DNA of 63,953 nucleotides, filler included, from Collodictyon triciliatum (Eukaryota): NCBI GenBank assembly GCA_043381765.1. It is 6 parts of 6 records of this genome, joined end to end, with 100 filler letters (N's around TTAATTAATTAA, not from the genome) between each part and the next. Parts side by side here need not be neighbours in the genome. Positions count along the whole stretch, not along the records: positions 60,036 to 63,953 come from JBHJMP010000653.1; 5 more parts are not named here. One strand, 5' to 3'. Shown piece by piece: positions 60,179 to 63,953 of this stretch (position 1 is its first letter; each line of letters starts with the position of its first letter). The notes under the pieces were generated by a model. It saw only the letters and a program-made list of their open reading frames with translations, ran no database searches and was not told where the DNA came from. The position numbers and the translations under genes were made by a program.

Positions 60179-61807
60179 AGACACGGACAAGGAACGCTTT
60201 TCTTTCCTAATGGGAGTCGATATGAAGGTGCTTGGGAGAGAAATATGAGGTTTACAAATATTTGTAGTGAATATGTTCCTGCGATGACAGGATTCTTTGG
60301 TCTTGATTGTCGATATTAAATGCATATATCCTATCTATGAATGCGTGATGGTTTTGGAATCACTTGGCTGATAGTTCTGTGATAGGTCTGGTAAAGGTAA
60401 ATACGTCTTTGAAGAGAAAGGAGAATGCTACGAGGGCGACTGGAAAAACGACCAAGTATGTATTTTATCAAAATAGAAAAATATTCGGCATATGAATCTA
60501 AAGTATATAATTTCTTTTATTGCGCACCCTTTGCTTATCCACCAACAGTTCAATGGACAAGGGACGTATACCTGGGACAAAGGTCGCTTTACGTATACCG
60601 GCGGCTGGCTGAACAATAAAAAGCATGGAATAGGTAGCTTATCTTTTTACGATGCGAAAACTGGGTCATATCAAAGTGGTAATAGTAAAGCTTGTAGTTA
60701 TTCATCAAATATCAGTGTATGAGCCAATATACCATGAGATGAAAAAATATGCGGTCGCGCTTAGTGAGAATCTTACCGCATCCAATTAATTTTTGAAGGG
60801 TTCATGATATATCCAAACGGCGATAGATATGACGGAGAATGGGAAGCAGACACAGTTGAGATTCGTTTGAAATATGAATAGACGATGCTTGGTCATTGGT
60901 TTTTGCTATATATATATGCTGCTTTCGTAATTATTAACTTTTTTTTCTTTTTTTTCTTTTTTTCTTTTTTTCTTTTTTTCTTCTTTTTCTTCTTTTTCTT
61001 CTTTTTCTTCTTTTTCTTCTTTTCTTCTTTTCTTCTTTTTCTTCTTTTTCTTCTTTTTCTTTTTTCTTTTTTTTTTTTCTTTTTTCTTTTTTCTTTTTTC
61101 TTTTTTCTTTTTTCTTTTTTCTTTTTTCTTTTTTCTTTTTTCTTTTTTCTTTNNNNNNNNNNNNNNNNNNNNNNNNNNNNNNNNNNNNNNNNNNNNNNNN
61201 NNNNNNNNNNNNNNNNNNNNNNNNNNNNNNNNNNNNNNNNNNNNNNNNNNNNTCTTTTTTCTTTTTTCTTTTTTCTTTTTTCTTTTTTCTTTTTTCTTTT
61301 TTCTTTTTTCTTTTTTCTTTTTTCTTTTTTCTTTTTTCTTTTTTCTTTTTACAGCGCCATGGCCGTGGGTTATTCACAGATGTTGAGACGGGATATCTTT
61401 ACGAAGGGCTATTCGTCCGCAACCGCAAAGAAGGGAAAGGCACGCTTCGTCTCGAAAATGGAGATGTGGTCGTCGGAAATGTAAATGATTTCAGTATAAT
61501 TAGTACTTCTTGTGTCTTAATTTTTTCACCTTCTTTTTTCTTATGCTCGTCTCATTTTTTCATTTTTTTTTTCATTTTTTTATTTTCTATTTTCCCTCGT
61601 TTTTTTTTTCTTTTTTCTTTTCGCCTTTTCATTTTTGAAGCGGTAATATTCTTCAAAATCTAATCGCATCTGCCTGTCTGTAATACACTGTACCCATACA
61701 TGTCAACATATATAATTGGACAAACATAGTGGGCCGGAGGCGTCCTTTCGGGCCCGGTTGAAATCGTCTTCGCCTCGTCGTCTGCATGGAACAATCCCAA
61801 TCTTTAG
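60179..61807 (+). CDS. MORN-repeat protein, 5' part missing
   Basis: RHGQGTLFFPNGSRYEGAW, YEGDWKNDQFNGQGTYTW, YTGGWLNNKKHGIG, YPNGDRYDGEW..RHGRG, YEGLFVRNRKEGKG; ends NNPNL*. Confidence 0.92.
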
Positions 61808-62227
61808 AGCGCGTCCTCCATCGAACTACATCAGCCTCTCGTCTCTCTTCTATCAAATTTTATCTCTTTATTTATGCTTATGTCACCTTTCATGGGGTTT
61901 ATATTCCTGGCAGCATGGTTCTCGCTTTAAAATCTCCACACACCACGAAGAGACAACAGAGCCGCCCAAATGATTTCGCACTATTCCCCTCTTTCTGCTC
62001 TACTTTATTGCTCCCCCCAACATATCGACTCTGTCGGAATCATTGGATTGTTCTGATAACAGTGCTTGGATGAGAAGAAAAATATAAATTACAATCTTAT
62101 GATATACTCATACGAAATAAATCAAATAATGAAAGAAAAAAGTGGAAAAAACAGATGTTAGAGAACAATACCTGCGGCCACATCAGGCGAAATGTGTACT
62201 CGCATCTTTTTTTCTTGTTGTAAATGC

Positions 62228-62329
62228 CTATGTCTATGTCTATGTCTATGTCTATGTCTATGTCTATGTCTATGTCTATGTCTATGTCTATGTCTATGTC
62301 TATGTCTATGTCTATGTCTATGTCTATGT
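62228..62329. repeat. (CTATGT)n microsatellite
   Basis: Visible tandem hexamer. Confidence 0.95.
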
Positions 62330-62378
62330 ACAGTCACATTTGAGTTGCTATTCCGACTTTATTGCGTGCCGTTGCCCA

Positions 62379-63819
<1,441 letters not shown>

Positions 63820-63953
63820 CTGCGAGATTGGAATATTTTATAAAGGGAAGAAAGAGAGGAAAGAGGAAAGAGGAAAGAGGAAAGAGGAAAGAGGAAAGAG
63901 GAAAGAGGAAAGAGGAAAGAGGAAAGAGGAAAGAGGAAAGAGGAAAGAGGAAA

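Overview
AT-rich, intron-dense nuclear DNA from a eukaryotic microbe. It uses the standard genetic code and mostly GT-AG introns of ~70-400 nt. Several genes typical of flagellated cells are present, but the organism cannot be named from this sequence. The window is not contiguous: five artificial N44-TTAATTAATTAA-N44 linkers join six scaffolds, and internal gaps mostly sit in microsatellites. Genes reconstructed by hand-splicing: TALE homeobox, cytochrome-b5-fused front-end (delta-5-like) desaturase, C2HC zinc-finger protein, Cid1/TUTase-like nucleotidyltransferase, CorA Mg2+ transporter, multi-KH protein, an orphan exportin-1 first exon, a head-to-head pair of ABCG half-transporters, UPF0193/EVG1, WDR13-like WD40, NEK kinase, CD36/LIMP-like protein and a MORN-repeat protein. 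The main unexpected signal is two families of very small (29-58 nt) A-tailed insertions, each flanked by its own 13-21 bp direct repeat (target-site duplication, TSD). There are 7 TSD-flanked copies on four scaffolds. All five intronic copies are antisense to the host gene and sit at or beside a splice site, and two have TSDs that duplicate the donor itself. A ~0.5 kb LINE-like fragment with a similar 3' end may represent the mobilising partner.
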